In this document: positions 26,581 through 35,172 of the stretch, piece after piece
Numbering within the stretch: the first letter of the stretch is position 1
Layout of the letters: every line of letters begins with the position of its first letter
Origin: Dehalococcoidia bacterium
GTDB lineage: Bacteria > Chloroflexota > Dehalococcoidia > Lucifugimonadales > UBA3495
Direction: 5' to 3'
NCBI GenBank assembly: GCA_965262595.1
Contig: OZ253548.1
Span: forward strand, 1,051,740 to 1,115,739
Length of the DNA: 64,000 nucleotides
Program-made: the position numbers and the translations under genes
Notes under the pieces: generated by a model
Databases searched by the model: none
What the model was told of the DNA's origin: nothing
Seen by the model: the letters and a program-made list of their open reading frames with translations, nothing else

Positions 26581-27120
26581 TCACCGGCCGGGTTCCGCTG
26601 AAGGGTCAAAGGGGCGCCCATCTACCAGGACTTCCTTGATGACCGCCGTGCCGTCGGTATCGATTGCCACCCTGACTTTGACGTCATTGGCCCTTTCGAT
26701 GGCGAGCCCGGTGCCTTCGGGCACGAAATAGGAGCCGATGCCGAAGTCAAGCTCTCCGCGTTGGTTGTAATTACCCTTGATCGCCACCGGACCGGCCTGT
26801 TGGCGCGACAAATAATAGCCTGCGGCAACCCAGACACCCCCCTGCTGCATTAGGGTCACGTACCATTGGCTTCCTCTGTTAATACTGGGGAGGTTTCTTA
26901 AAAGGGGGTTGGCGTCCCTCGCCCGCTCAGGGATGCCAATCTCATAGCGGAGAATCACGTAATCGCCCTGCAACAGGGAGCGGGGGTCAACCGGCACGGT
27001 CTGCAATACTACCTCGGTTCCCGTTTGCAGCGTGAACTCCTTGAATCCGACCATCCCAATCAAGAGGGCCAACTGCGCGGCGACCACCAGCATGAACGCA
27101 ATCCTGACCTTAGGACTCAT
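26581..27120 (-). CDS. GDYXXLXY domain protein (membrane-anchored)
   Basis: N-terminal TM helix and the eponymous motif LLQGDYVILRYEI. It overlaps the upstream gene by 11 nt. Confidence 0.75.
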   Translation of the reverse strand: MSPKVRIAFMLVVAAQLALLIGMVGFKEFTLQTGTEVVLQTVPVDPRSLLQGDYVILRYEIGIPERARDANPLLRNLPSINRGSQWYVTLMQQGGVWVAAGYYLSRQQAGPVAIKGNYNQRGELDFGIGSYFVPEGTGLAIERANDVKVRVAIDTDGTAVIKEVLVDGRPFDPSAEPGR

Positions 27121-28369
27121 GGTCCACCTCCTGGCTCCTTAAACGGCCAAGCACCCGCCGCCGTCCCCGCTCCAACAAGAACCCGCCCACAATCAGAATT
27201 ATTCCGGCGCCAATGAAGACCAGAGAGCGGTCCAACAGTTCGAAACCGTACTCGAAGTACCGCGTAGCCACTCCCAGGCAGAAGAATATCAAGGCCAGGT
27301 TAATCAGCATTTCCCGACCCCGGAAGTAGCCAAGGAATACCAGGCCGACGATTCCCCCCAACAGCAGGAGGTTGAACAGCAACGGGTAAACGACATCATT
27401 GGCGGTCGGCACAAATACAACCAGGGCCGCGGCGGCCAACATTATCAACGCGGCCAGTCCTTCGTAAGGCAGGGTTCCCAGCGGCAGATTCTTGTTGCGT
27501 CGGTCCAGCAAGGTTTGCCCAAATGCGGCCACAGTCACCGCCACCGCTATCGCCGCAATTACCCAGAACTCGGCGGTGACCTGCGCCTCCGGGCGGCTGG
27601 GTGAAGCCTCGTTCCAGTCCCACCACTCCAGGAAGGACAACCAATAGATAGAGGCGAAGGCCACAACCAGGCCGAAGGTTTCATAGGCGCGGGTATAAAC
27701 CTGCGTGGACCGAAATCTGCCCTGTAGCCTAGCCAGGAAGAAAAGCATCAATCCCAGAGCCAGGTACAGCGAAAAGGCCCGGAAGGGTATATATTCCCAG
27801 TCCAGTAACCATTCCTGGCCCCGAAATCCCACCGCCGCCAACCCCAGGGCCAGGGCCAACACCGTTATCGATTCGGAGCGAATCAGGTAGGCGAGGGGGA
27901 TGACTCCCAGGAACCAATAGAGGACGAGGTTCGGGCTGTTGACGGGAATGTTGTAAGTCTGGGCGACCAGATGCACCGCCGCGCCAAAGGAGATGGCGCC
28001 CAGCAGGATGATGGCCGTGCCGACCCGTTGATAGTTGCGGTGGTAGCGCAGCCAGTAACCAATCCCGTAGATTGCGGGAACTCCTACCAGCATTAGCCCC
28101 AGCTTGAACCCTTTGGGAAACGCCTGCCAGTTAGCCGCGAAAAAGAGGATTACGCCCAAACCCAGCAACACCACGCCGAGGATTACCAGGACCGTTACCA
28201 GGCGGTTGCGGGAGTCGGGAACCGCTTCCGGGAAATGGTAGCCGTTCAGGATGGCGTGGCCCTGGTCGAAGGTAATGAGTCCCTGCGCCTGCCAACGCTG
28301 AACTTCCCGGGGCAATTGGGCCAGGAACGTGCGGTCCATACGACGAGCGCCAAACTGCTCATCTTCCAC
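27110..28369 (-). CDS. DUF2157-type polytopic membrane protein
   Basis: Soluble N-terminus (…WQAQGLITFDQGHAIL…) followed by about 11 TM helices. It is the usual partner of GDYXXLXY proteins. Confidence 0.6.
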   Translation of the reverse strand: MEDEQFGARRMDRTFLAQLPREVQRWQAQGLITFDQGHAILNGYHFPEAVPDSRNRLVTVLVILGVVLLGLGVILFFAANWQAFPKGFKLGLMLVGVPAIYGIGYWLRYHRNYQRVGTAIILLGAISFGAAVHLVAQTYNIPVNSPNLVLYWFLGVIPLAYLIRSESITVLALALGLAAVGFRGQEWLLDWEYIPFRAFSLYLALGLMLFFLARLQGRFRSTQVYTRAYETFGLVVAFASIYWLSFLEWWDWNEASPSRPEAQVTAEFWVIAAIAVAVTVAAFGQTLLDRRNKNLPLGTLPYEGLAALIMLAAAALVVFVPTANDVVYPLLFNLLLLGGIVGLVFLGYFRGREMLINLALIFFCLGVATRYFEYGFELLDRSLVFIGAGIILIVGGFLLERGRRRVLGRLRSQEVDHES

Positions 28370-28779
28370 TATGGGTCCTCCGAATTGTACTTGTATCGGG
28401 TCGGTGAAATCTAAAGGTCATCAAGAACCCGGGGGAGCGCCGGTGTAGCCAAGAGAATGCGCCGTTCATACTTAAGTATAGACGCTGGCAAGGGGAGCTG
28501 GATAGGGCCGCAGGAGAGTATTCGCCGTTCCCGTATCGGCCAGGCCGGTATGCAGCGGTCACTCGGGGCAGCAGCCGGTTTCCGCGCCCGGGCAGCGTTC
28601 GACCAGGGGTATAATTGGCTTGGCGTTCCCGACCTCGCGTATACCACTTGGTGTACCACATTCCGGGGGATTACATCGTCCAGACACAACCTATACACCC
28701 CATGCGGCCAAACCGCATGCGATGCTCAGGAACGAAAAAGACCATAGTGGAAGAAATAAGATACCAGCAGGAAAGAAAG

Positions 28780-28855
28780 TGGTGGAGCTGGGGGGACTCG
28801 AACCCCCTACCTCTTCAATGCCATTGAAGCGCTCTCCCAGCTGAGCTACAGCCCC
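28780..28855 (-). tRNA. tRNA-Ala (anticodon GGC)
   Basis: Minus strand: GGGGCUGUAGCUCAGCUGGGAGAGCGCUUCAAUGGCAUUGAAGAGGUAGGGGGUUCGAGUCCCCCCAGCUCCACCA. G3:U70 identity pair, anticodon loop AUGGCAU, CCA encoded. Confidence 0.9.
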
Positions 28856-28916
28856 ATCAATTGGAGGAAAAGTGGCGGTGTACAAACACGCCTAAAAGAC
28901 GCCTAGATAATATAGC

Positions 28917-28946
28917 AAAACCCGGTCACGTCTGCAACCGGGTTTT
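28917..28946 (-). terminator. Bidirectional-looking hairpin between the NHL gene and tRNA-Ala (also overlaps a candidate tRNA promoter)
   Basis: AAAACCCGGT…ACCGGGTTTTG. On the minus strand, TTGCAG (28937-28932), 17 nt spacer, TATATT (28914-28909) could drive tRNA-Ala. Confidence 0.5.
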
Positions 28947-28986
28947 GCCTGTCTGGGCGCCGGATTAATCGCTGACTTTTTGGTTC

Positions 28987-29904
28987 CTAGCCTTGTCGGA
29001 CAAACTTCACTACGGTCCGGCCCTGGCTGCCCTCGTAGGGTTCCACCACGTACAGGTCCTTGTGGGAATCGGCCCAGATACCGTGGCAGGAACGGTGGGT
29101 CATAGAGCCCCATTGGGCCAGCAGCTCACCTTCCAGATTCAATACGCTGACCAGACCACCATTATGTTCGGCCACATAGACGATGTCATCGTCATCCACG
29201 TATATCACCGCCGGCCCAATCAACTTGGTGGGAAAGTCGGTGAGGTGGTCGCCCTCCTGGTCAAATACCTGAATGCGGTCGTTTTCCCGGTCGGCGATGA
29301 GCAGGCGTCCTTTGCGGTCAATCCAGGCGCCGTGGGGCAAATTGAACTGGCCCGCAGCCGAACCGGGGCCGCCCCAGGACTTGATTAGCTGCCCTTCGGC
29401 GGTAAACTTGTGGACGCGGGCATTGGCGTAGCCGTCGGCAATAAACACCTCTCCGGCCTCATTAACCGCGATACCTGCTGGCAGGTTAAAGGGTTCCGCG
29501 CCCCGCACCACGTCCGGCCAGGCGTTGGAACTGAACACGCTGTTGTCCACCCCGGTATCGGAGCGGTAGCCCTTGGTTCCAATGGTCATCAGGAGTTCGC
29601 CGTCGGCGGTAAACTTCATAATCTGGCCGTCGTTGCGCTCGACCAGCCAGACGTTATCCATCGGGTCAACAATGATGGCGTGGGGGAAGCTGAACAAACC
29701 CGCGCCCCAGGAGTTCAAGTAGTTGCCCTCTCGGTCGAAGATAACGACCGGGTGGTCCGGGTCTCGGTTGAAGCAGTAAACCCGATCCTGGGAATCGCCG
29801 TAAACGGCGGCGGCGGGCATCGCCCAACCTGCGGGCAGTTTGGCCCAATCGGTGTTCATCTCGTAGGTATATTTGCCGCTGCCAACAATTGCTTTCGTAG
29901 TCAC
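28987..29904 (-). CDS. NHL-repeat six-bladed beta-propeller protein (second paralog)
   Basis: Repeats such as FNLPAGIAVNEAGEVFIADGYANARVHKF and FNLPHGAWIDRKGRLLIADRENDRIQVF. Confidence 0.75.
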   Translation of the reverse strand: MTTKAIVGSGKYTYEMNTDWAKLPAGWAMPAAAVYGDSQDRVYCFNRDPDHPVVIFDREGNYLNSWGAGLFSFPHAIIVDPMDNVWLVERNDGQIMKFTADGELLMTIGTKGYRSDTGVDNSVFSSNAWPDVVRGAEPFNLPAGIAVNEAGEVFIADGYANARVHKFTAEGQLIKSWGGPGSAAGQFNLPHGAWIDRKGRLLIADRENDRIQVFDQEGDHLTDFPTKLIGPAVIYVDDDDIVYVAEHNGGLVSVLNLEGELLAQWGSMTHRSCHGIWADSHKDLYVVEPYEGSQGRTVVKFVRQG

Positions 29905-30168
29905 TAGGCGCCTCCTGTCACGTTAATTGAGCAGTTTAGTCTGGAATTGCCTTGATTATGACAAGGATACCGGGTCAGGTCAAATTGGCGAGTCCCATCA
30001 TTCCGGGGCATTCCCACTCAGCCTCCATTATGGGGTAAACTGATTGGACAGATCCGGTGGACATTGACACCGCAAATCGCAGCGTTGCCCGGCGATTACC
30101 CAATCGTCGGACGACCATCCGGTAATTCTATGATTATCTAAAGAAGTCTTAACCCAGGAGAGGTTGAC

Positions 30169-30357
30169 ATGGTTGAAACTACTCCGGACGTTTCTATGGA
30201 AGACGTCTTGCAACTGCTAACCGCGCAGGCCCAGGTTCGCTGGGGCGCCGATTCTACCGAGCGGAAACGGGAGATGTTGGAACAGGCGGCCCAATCCGTA
30301 GCCGAGCTTTCCAACAACCTGCCAAATACGGAAACCGAGCCGAGAATTCATCAGTAA
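30169..30357 (+). CDS. Small AtzG/GatC-like (DUF4089-type) protein preceding an amidase
   Basis: 62 aa with a GGAGAGG RBS, helical, and positioned immediately upstream of an amidase-signature enzyme. Same arrangement as the 34900-35103 ORF. Confidence 0.55.
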   Translation: MVETTPDVSMEDVLQLLTAQAQVRWGADSTERKREMLEQAAQSVAELSNNLPNTETEPRIHQ

Positions 30358-30404
30358 TCCCCGGTTCCGGCATTGTTGCCGCAGCATCCCGCCGGTTCTT
30401 TTCG

Positions 30405-30438
30405 GGTACGATAGGTACGATAGGTACGATAGGTACGT
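30405..30438. repeat. 9-bp tandem repeat GGTACGATA x about 3.7
   Basis: Direct reading, in the spacer between the small ORF and the amidase start. Confidence 0.95.
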
Positions 30439-30485
30439 AGTGACTACGCACCCCCGGGTCACATCGCCAAGTTTTGGAGGGAGTC

Positions 30486-31844
30486 ATGGCCGAACCTTAT
30501 AGCTTTAGCGTCAGCGAAGCCGCCCAGCAGATACGAAGCGGGCAACTTTCCCCCTCGACCTACATCGAATCGCTGCTGCAGCGGATTACTACTCATGACC
30601 CGGCCTTGCAAGCCTGGGTAACTATCGACCGGGCCAAGGCAATGGACGCCGCCCTCCGCCGGGAGCGGGAATTGGCTGCCGGGGATACGCCGGGCATCCT
30701 CCACGGTGTGCCGGTTGGGCTGAAGGACATTTTCTATACTGCCGGGATGAAGACCACCGCCTGTTCCCGGATTTACGCCGACTTTGTGCCGGACTACGAC
30801 GCTACTTGCGTTACCCGCCTCAAGGACGCCGGGGCCGTCATCCTGGGCAAGGCGGTAACCACCGAGTTCGCCACTTCGGATCCTTCGCCTACCCGCAACC
30901 CCTGGAATGCGGAACATACGCCAGGCGGCTCCAGCAGCGGGTCGTCGGTAGCGGTAGCCACCGGTATGTGCCCGGCAGCCCTCGGTTCCCAGACCGGCGG
31001 TTCTACCTGCCGCCCCGCCGCTTACAACGGCATCGTCGGTCTGAAGCCAAGCTATGGACGTATCAGCCGCTACGGCGTGATTCCGGTGAGCTGGTCGCTG
31101 GACACGGTGGGAATCCTGGTGCGCACCGTTACCGATGCCGCCCTGCTGCTCCAGGCAATGGCCGGTTATGACGCCAACGACCCCGGCTCGGCCAATGTCC
31201 CCGTGCCCGACTATGGCCAGCAAATGGCGGACTGGCAAGGGCCGCCGCGCATCGGCTTGCTTAAGGGCTATTTCTTTGACCGGGCAACGCCGGAGGTGCG
31301 ACATCACACCGAGGAAATCGCGCAGCAGTTGGCCCAGGCCGGAGCAGTGGTTGAAGAGTTGGAGCTGCCGGAGAGCTTTGCCACGGCCCCTGCTGCTCAA
31401 CGCATCGTGATGAATGTGGAGTGCGCCGCCTTCCACGAGGAGTTTTTCCGCCATCGCGCCGGTGAATACGGGCCGCGGCTCAGAGCCAACATCGAGATGG
31501 GAATGCTGGTGCCCGGGGTAACTTACCTACAGGCCCAACGTTTGCGCCGCAGTTTTCGGCAGGATATGACCGAGCTGGCCCAGCGGGTGGATATCCTGAT
31601 GACCCCGGCTACTCCCGCTCCGGCGCCCCGCGACCTGAACACCACCGGCGACGCCGCATTTCAGGCCCCCTGGACCTCCGCGGGCCTGCCCACCATCGTC
31701 ATCCCCTCCGGCCTTAGCGAGGACGGCTTACCCCTGGGTGTCCAATTCGCCGCACCACCCTTTGAGGAAGGCGTTCTGCTTTCGGCGGCCCGTTGGTGCG
31801 AGGAAGCGTTGGGGGTTAACCTGCGGCCGCCGGATTATAGCTAG
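30486..31844 (+). CDS. Amidase-signature family enzyme (GatA/AtzE-like), copy 1
   Basis: GLKD…, the GGSSSGSSVAVATG signature and a Ser-cisSer-Lys layout. Start moved to the ATG at 30486, behind GGAGGG. Confidence 0.85.
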   Translation: MAEPYSFSVSEAAQQIRSGQLSPSTYIESLLQRITTHDPALQAWVTIDRAKAMDAALRRERELAAGDTPGILHGVPVGLKDIFYTAGMKTTACSRIYADFVPDYDATCVTRLKDAGAVILGKAVTTEFATSDPSPTRNPWNAEHTPGGSSSGSSVAVATGMCPAALGSQTGGSTCRPAAYNGIVGLKPSYGRISRYGVIPVSWSLDTVGILVRTVTDAALLLQAMAGYDANDPGSANVPVPDYGQQMADWQGPPRIGLLKGYFFDRATPEVRHHTEEIAQQLAQAGAVVEELELPESFATAPAAQRIVMNVECAAFHEEFFRHRAGEYGPRLRANIEMGMLVPGVTYLQAQRLRRSFRQDMTELAQRVDILMTPATPAPAPRDLNTTGDAAFQAPWTSAGLPTIVIPSGLSEDGLPLGVQFAAPPFEEGVLLSAARWCEEALGVNLRPPDYS

Positions 31845-31874
31845 TGGCGACAGGTTAGAGGCTTTGAGCAAAGG

Positions 31875-32378
31875 CTATTGGGTGTCCAGATAAAGAGGCG
31901 ACTGACGGCTGGCCCTGCCGTTACGCCGGATTGCGTCGGCGATAGGCCCCAAACGTGATGGGCCAGAAAACAAACCGTCGTCCAAAATCCGCTGAACTTC
32001 TTCGGGTTCCATAGTAGCAATGAACTTGAAAACCCTTGGGATTGCACTGGCGCGGGACTTGGATGCAGGTTCGTCTATGCCGTAGGCACGGCAGAAGTTG
32101 CCTATATCGGCGAAAGAAGGTAGAAAGGACTTGTCCTTGAATCTCTCGGCAAGCACTGCTACAGCACCCAGTCTCTCTGACGGCAGATTCATCTTGACAA
32201 CGTAATCCGTGGCCGTAGCTTTTGCCACACCACTTTTGCTGTGAAGTCTCAAGTCACTCTGGGATCCTTTGGGTTGTTTGCCAGAAATTCCGACCTCTTG
32301 CAAGGACCGCTCAACCTGCTCGAATCCATATTGCTCAACCATCGCCCTGAGGGCTTTCTCAAGTGTCGCTTGTGTCAT
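31875..32378 (-). CDS. Hypothetical 167-aa protein, partner of the ParA-like ATPase
   Basis: ATG at 32378, 17 nt after the ParA stop, preceded by AAGGGGG. No motif I recognise. Lower G+C than the flanks. Confidence 0.6.
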   Translation of the reverse strand: MTQATLEKALRAMVEQYGFEQVERSLQEVGISGKQPKGSQSDLRLHSKSGVAKATATDYVVKMNLPSERLGAVAVLAERFKDKSFLPSFADIGNFCRAYGIDEPASKSRASAIPRVFKFIATMEPEEVQRILDDGLFSGPSRLGPIADAIRRNGRASRQSPLYLDTQ

Positions 32379-32394
32379 TAGATAATATGCCCCC

Positions 32395-33249
32395 TTAAGC
32401 ACCAAGTCCAAGCCCATTGAGCTCGGGCCTCGTGAAGAATTCCTTGGCAAAGCCTTCGAAGTCCCTTAACGAATTTCCGGAATGTCGATAATCACCGCGC
32501 ATAATCTTAGGAAACCCTCGAGAGTAACCAAGTTCGCGCCTAAAAATGTACCAGTTGTTCTTGCCCGACTCCTCTTGAATCTCCTCCATTGCTCTCAACT
32601 TTTCGGGTCCACCGTCGTTGCCCCCATCGTAGGTTGCGTTGTTGATAACCACGCCGATAACATCAATTTGGTGGCCCCTGTTGTTGCGCCTGAAGGCTTC
32701 GAGCGAGTCATTCAGCAGGGGAAATCCTATGGTAGCAAAGAACTCGGGCCGCACGGGTACCAAGACATAGCGAGAGGCGTGATATGCAGCTTGAGTGAAA
32801 ACGGATTCGGTCGGCGCACAATCTATGATAACGAGGTCCCTATCTTGAAAATCGCTGGCAATAAGCCGAGCCAAGACACGAATGTCGGGGCTAACCGCGC
32901 TAACGAGATTATCTGCAAAATCAAACCTCGATGGGATGACCTCCAAGTTATGCCCCGACCTGCGTACCACGCTTTCAATATTCAGGGAGCTAGTTGATGC
33001 TGAATCAATCGTTGGAGGCTGATATCCGTTAAATATCTCAACAATCGACGGTGCCCTATCATCCAAGAATCCCTTGTAAGTATTGCTCATCAGCGACTGG
33101 GAAAGGTTGGCTTGAGGGTCCAAGTCTATCGCCAAAACTTTCTTACTGCGGCCCGCGGCATAGCGGGCCAGCAAAGCCGCGATAGTAGTCTTACCCACTC
33201 CGCCCTTCATGTTGATTACCGAAATGCAAATAGGACCACCGATCGCCAT
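32395..33249 (-). CDS. ParA/Soj/MinD-superfamily ATPase
   Basis: Deviant Walker A NMKGGVGKTT, LAIDLDPQANLS and Walker B LVIIDCAP; 284 aa. Confidence 0.85.
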   Translation of the reverse strand: MAIGGPICISVINMKGGVGKTTIAALLARYAAGRSKKVLAIDLDPQANLSQSLMSNTYKGFLDDRAPSIVEIFNGYQPPTIDSASTSSLNIESVVRRSGHNLEVIPSRFDFADNLVSAVSPDIRVLARLIASDFQDRDLVIIDCAPTESVFTQAAYHASRYVLVPVRPEFFATIGFPLLNDSLEAFRRNNRGHQIDVIGVVINNATYDGGNDGGPEKLRAMEEIQEESGKNNWYIFRRELGYSRGFPKIMRGDYRHSGNSLRDFEGFAKEFFTRPELNGLGLGA

Positions 33250-33288
33250 ACTCTTCTACCTAACCGTGTGTAGATTTCCTTTGTTAAC

Positions 33289-33316
33289 ATTTTACCACCT
33301 TGCCTGAGCCTCACAA
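33289..33316 (-). promoter_or_regulatory. Candidate own promoter of the ParA-like cassette
   Basis: Minus strand TTGTGA (33316-33311), 16 nt spacer, TAAAAT (33294-33289), in a 129-nt AT-rich spacer. TTGTTAAC occurs twice (33281-33288 and 33363-33370). Confidence 0.35.
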
Positions 33317-33378
33317 AGGAACTCTTAAACCTTAACAGCGATTTTCTACGCTTACTCCATTCTTGTTAACCCACTCCA

Positions 33379-34794
33379 CTACACCGGCGGCCTGCGCTCA
33401 AACCACCTTGCCGCCTCCTGGTAGGCATAGGCCACCCGCAACACCGTTGCTTCATCAAAGGGCTTGCCGGCAATCTGTAGCCCAATGGGCAGCCCGCCGG
33501 AGGAGAAGCCGCCGGGCACCGAAATGGCGGGTATTCCCGATGCGTTGAACGGGCCGGTGAAGCTGGGTCCGGTGAGCGTTGTCCCACCGGTATAGCCTTC
33601 CAGGGCTGCCGCCGGTTTGGGCGACGTGGGAGTTACCAGCACATCGACCGCGGACAGCGCTTCGGCCATTTCCCGTTTCACCAAACTGCGCACCCGCTGG
33701 GCTTGAACGTAGTCGCTCATGGAGAGGAGACCGCCCAGCAGAAAGCGGTCGCGCACCATCTCGCCGTAATCTTCGCGGCGGGTTTTCAGGTTATGTTCAT
33801 GGTAAGCGAACGCCTCGCCCATCATTATCGCCTGGTTGGCCGCCCGGGAATGTTCCACGTGGGGGATGTCCACGTCCTGCACCCTGGCGCCCAGAGAAAC
33901 CATAACTTCCAGGGCCGTCTCAATTGCCGACAGTGTTTCCGGCTCCACATCCGGCCCGGACTCGAAGAAGTAACGACGGGGAACGCCGATGGTCATTCCC
34001 TGAATACCGGCTTGAAGCCCCCGGGAATAGTCCGGCACCGGCGCCTTCGAGGTCGTGGGGTCGTTAGGATCGTGCCCGGCGAGGGACTGGAGCACCAGTG
34101 CCGTATCCTCCACCGTCCAAGTCATTGGGCCGCAGTGGTCTTGAGACCAGGACAAGGGAGTTACGCCGTAGTTGCTGACCCGGCCGTAGGTGGGCTTGAT
34201 TCCAACGATACTGCACATTGAAGCGGGGCCTCGAATGGAACCGCCGGTGTCTGAACCAAGAGCGCCCATACAAAGGCCGGCGGCCACCGCCGCTCCGGAA
34301 CCGCTGCTGGAGCCGCCGGGGATGTGAGCCAGATTCCAGGGATTGAGCGCGGGCGGAAACAAACTGGTAATGTCGGGGCCGCCCAGGGCAAATTCGTGCA
34401 TCGCCAGCTTGCCCAGCAGGATAATCCCGGCTTCGTTTAGCTTGGCTACGGTGGTGGCATCCTCCGCCGGAACCCGGTCCGGCGTTACCCGCGACATGGA
34501 GGTGGTGCGGATGCCGGCGGTATCGTACAGGTCTTTAAGGCCAATAGGGATTCCGTGGAGCGGCCCGCGGTAATTGCCCCTCAGGATTTCGGCTTCCGCT
34601 TCCCGCGCCTGTGCCAATGCCCGCTCCGGCAGCGGCGTCACGTAGGCATGGAGCCGGCCGTCTATGGCCTCAATTCGCTCCAGAAAAGCCCGCACCAACT
34701 CCACCGGGGATAAATGCCGGTCGCGCAACAACGGTCCGGCCTCGGAGATGGTCATGTAGCATAGTTCCGTCGGATTTGCAGTCATGGAATTCAC
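33379..34794 (-). CDS. Amidase-signature family enzyme (GatA/AtzE-like), copy 2
   Basis: GLKD…, the GGSSSGSGAAVAAG signature and GSDTGGSIRGPA. It is a clear paralog of the 30486-31844 protein. Confidence 0.85.
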   Translation of the reverse strand: MNSMTANPTELCYMTISEAGPLLRDRHLSPVELVRAFLERIEAIDGRLHAYVTPLPERALAQAREAEAEILRGNYRGPLHGIPIGLKDLYDTAGIRTTSMSRVTPDRVPAEDATTVAKLNEAGIILLGKLAMHEFALGGPDITSLFPPALNPWNLAHIPGGSSSGSGAAVAAGLCMGALGSDTGGSIRGPASMCSIVGIKPTYGRVSNYGVTPLSWSQDHCGPMTWTVEDTALVLQSLAGHDPNDPTTSKAPVPDYSRGLQAGIQGMTIGVPRRYFFESGPDVEPETLSAIETALEVMVSLGARVQDVDIPHVEHSRAANQAIMMGEAFAYHEHNLKTRREDYGEMVRDRFLLGGLLSMSDYVQAQRVRSLVKREMAEALSAVDVLVTPTSPKPAAALEGYTGGTTLTGPSFTGPFNASGIPAISVPGGFSSGGLPIGLQIAGKPFDEATVLRVAYAYQEAARWFERRPPV

Positions 34795-34899
34795 CCTTTC
34801 GCCGCAAGCTGAATGTTCCCAATAGTTCTATAGACCTGTCCGTTTTGACAGCGTCAATTCCTTTCGCCCAATAACTCTTTCGCGGTCACGATTTGTCGG

Positions 34900-35103
34900 T
34901 CAATAGTGCCAGTCTGGAACAAAAACGTCCGCCGGTCCGGGCAAGGGCAACGCCGGGTCGTGGAGCAGGGCCAACTGGCCCACCAGAGTCTGGTACATCG
35001 GCAGCAGGTGTTCCAGCTCTTCCGGCTTTAGTTCCAGGCCGGCCCGCTGAACGATTGCCTTAAAGTCCTCCAGGGAAATGCTTCCCGATTGCGTCGGATT
35101 CAT
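34900..35103 (-). CDS. Small AtzG/GatC-like (DUF4089-type) protein preceding amidase copy 2
   Basis: 67 aa: …ISLEDFKAIVQRAGLELKPEELEHLLPMYQTLVGQLALLHDPALPLPGPADVFVP. Confidence 0.6.
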   Translation of the reverse strand: MNPTQSGSISLEDFKAIVQRAGLELKPEELEHLLPMYQTLVGQLALLHDPALPLPGPADVFVPDWHY

Positions 35104-35172
35104 GACCCCTCCCGTCCGATTTTCGTTCGCCGGACTTTTCCTTGTATGCTTGCCTTCAGGGCCGGTATCAAA

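Noticed and set aside
30125-30145. Fur-box-like string TATGATTATCT upstream of the small AtzG-like ORF.
   Set aside because: Only about 9 of 19 positions of the classical Fur box match and there is no dyad partner. This is likely chance in an AT-richer promoter region.
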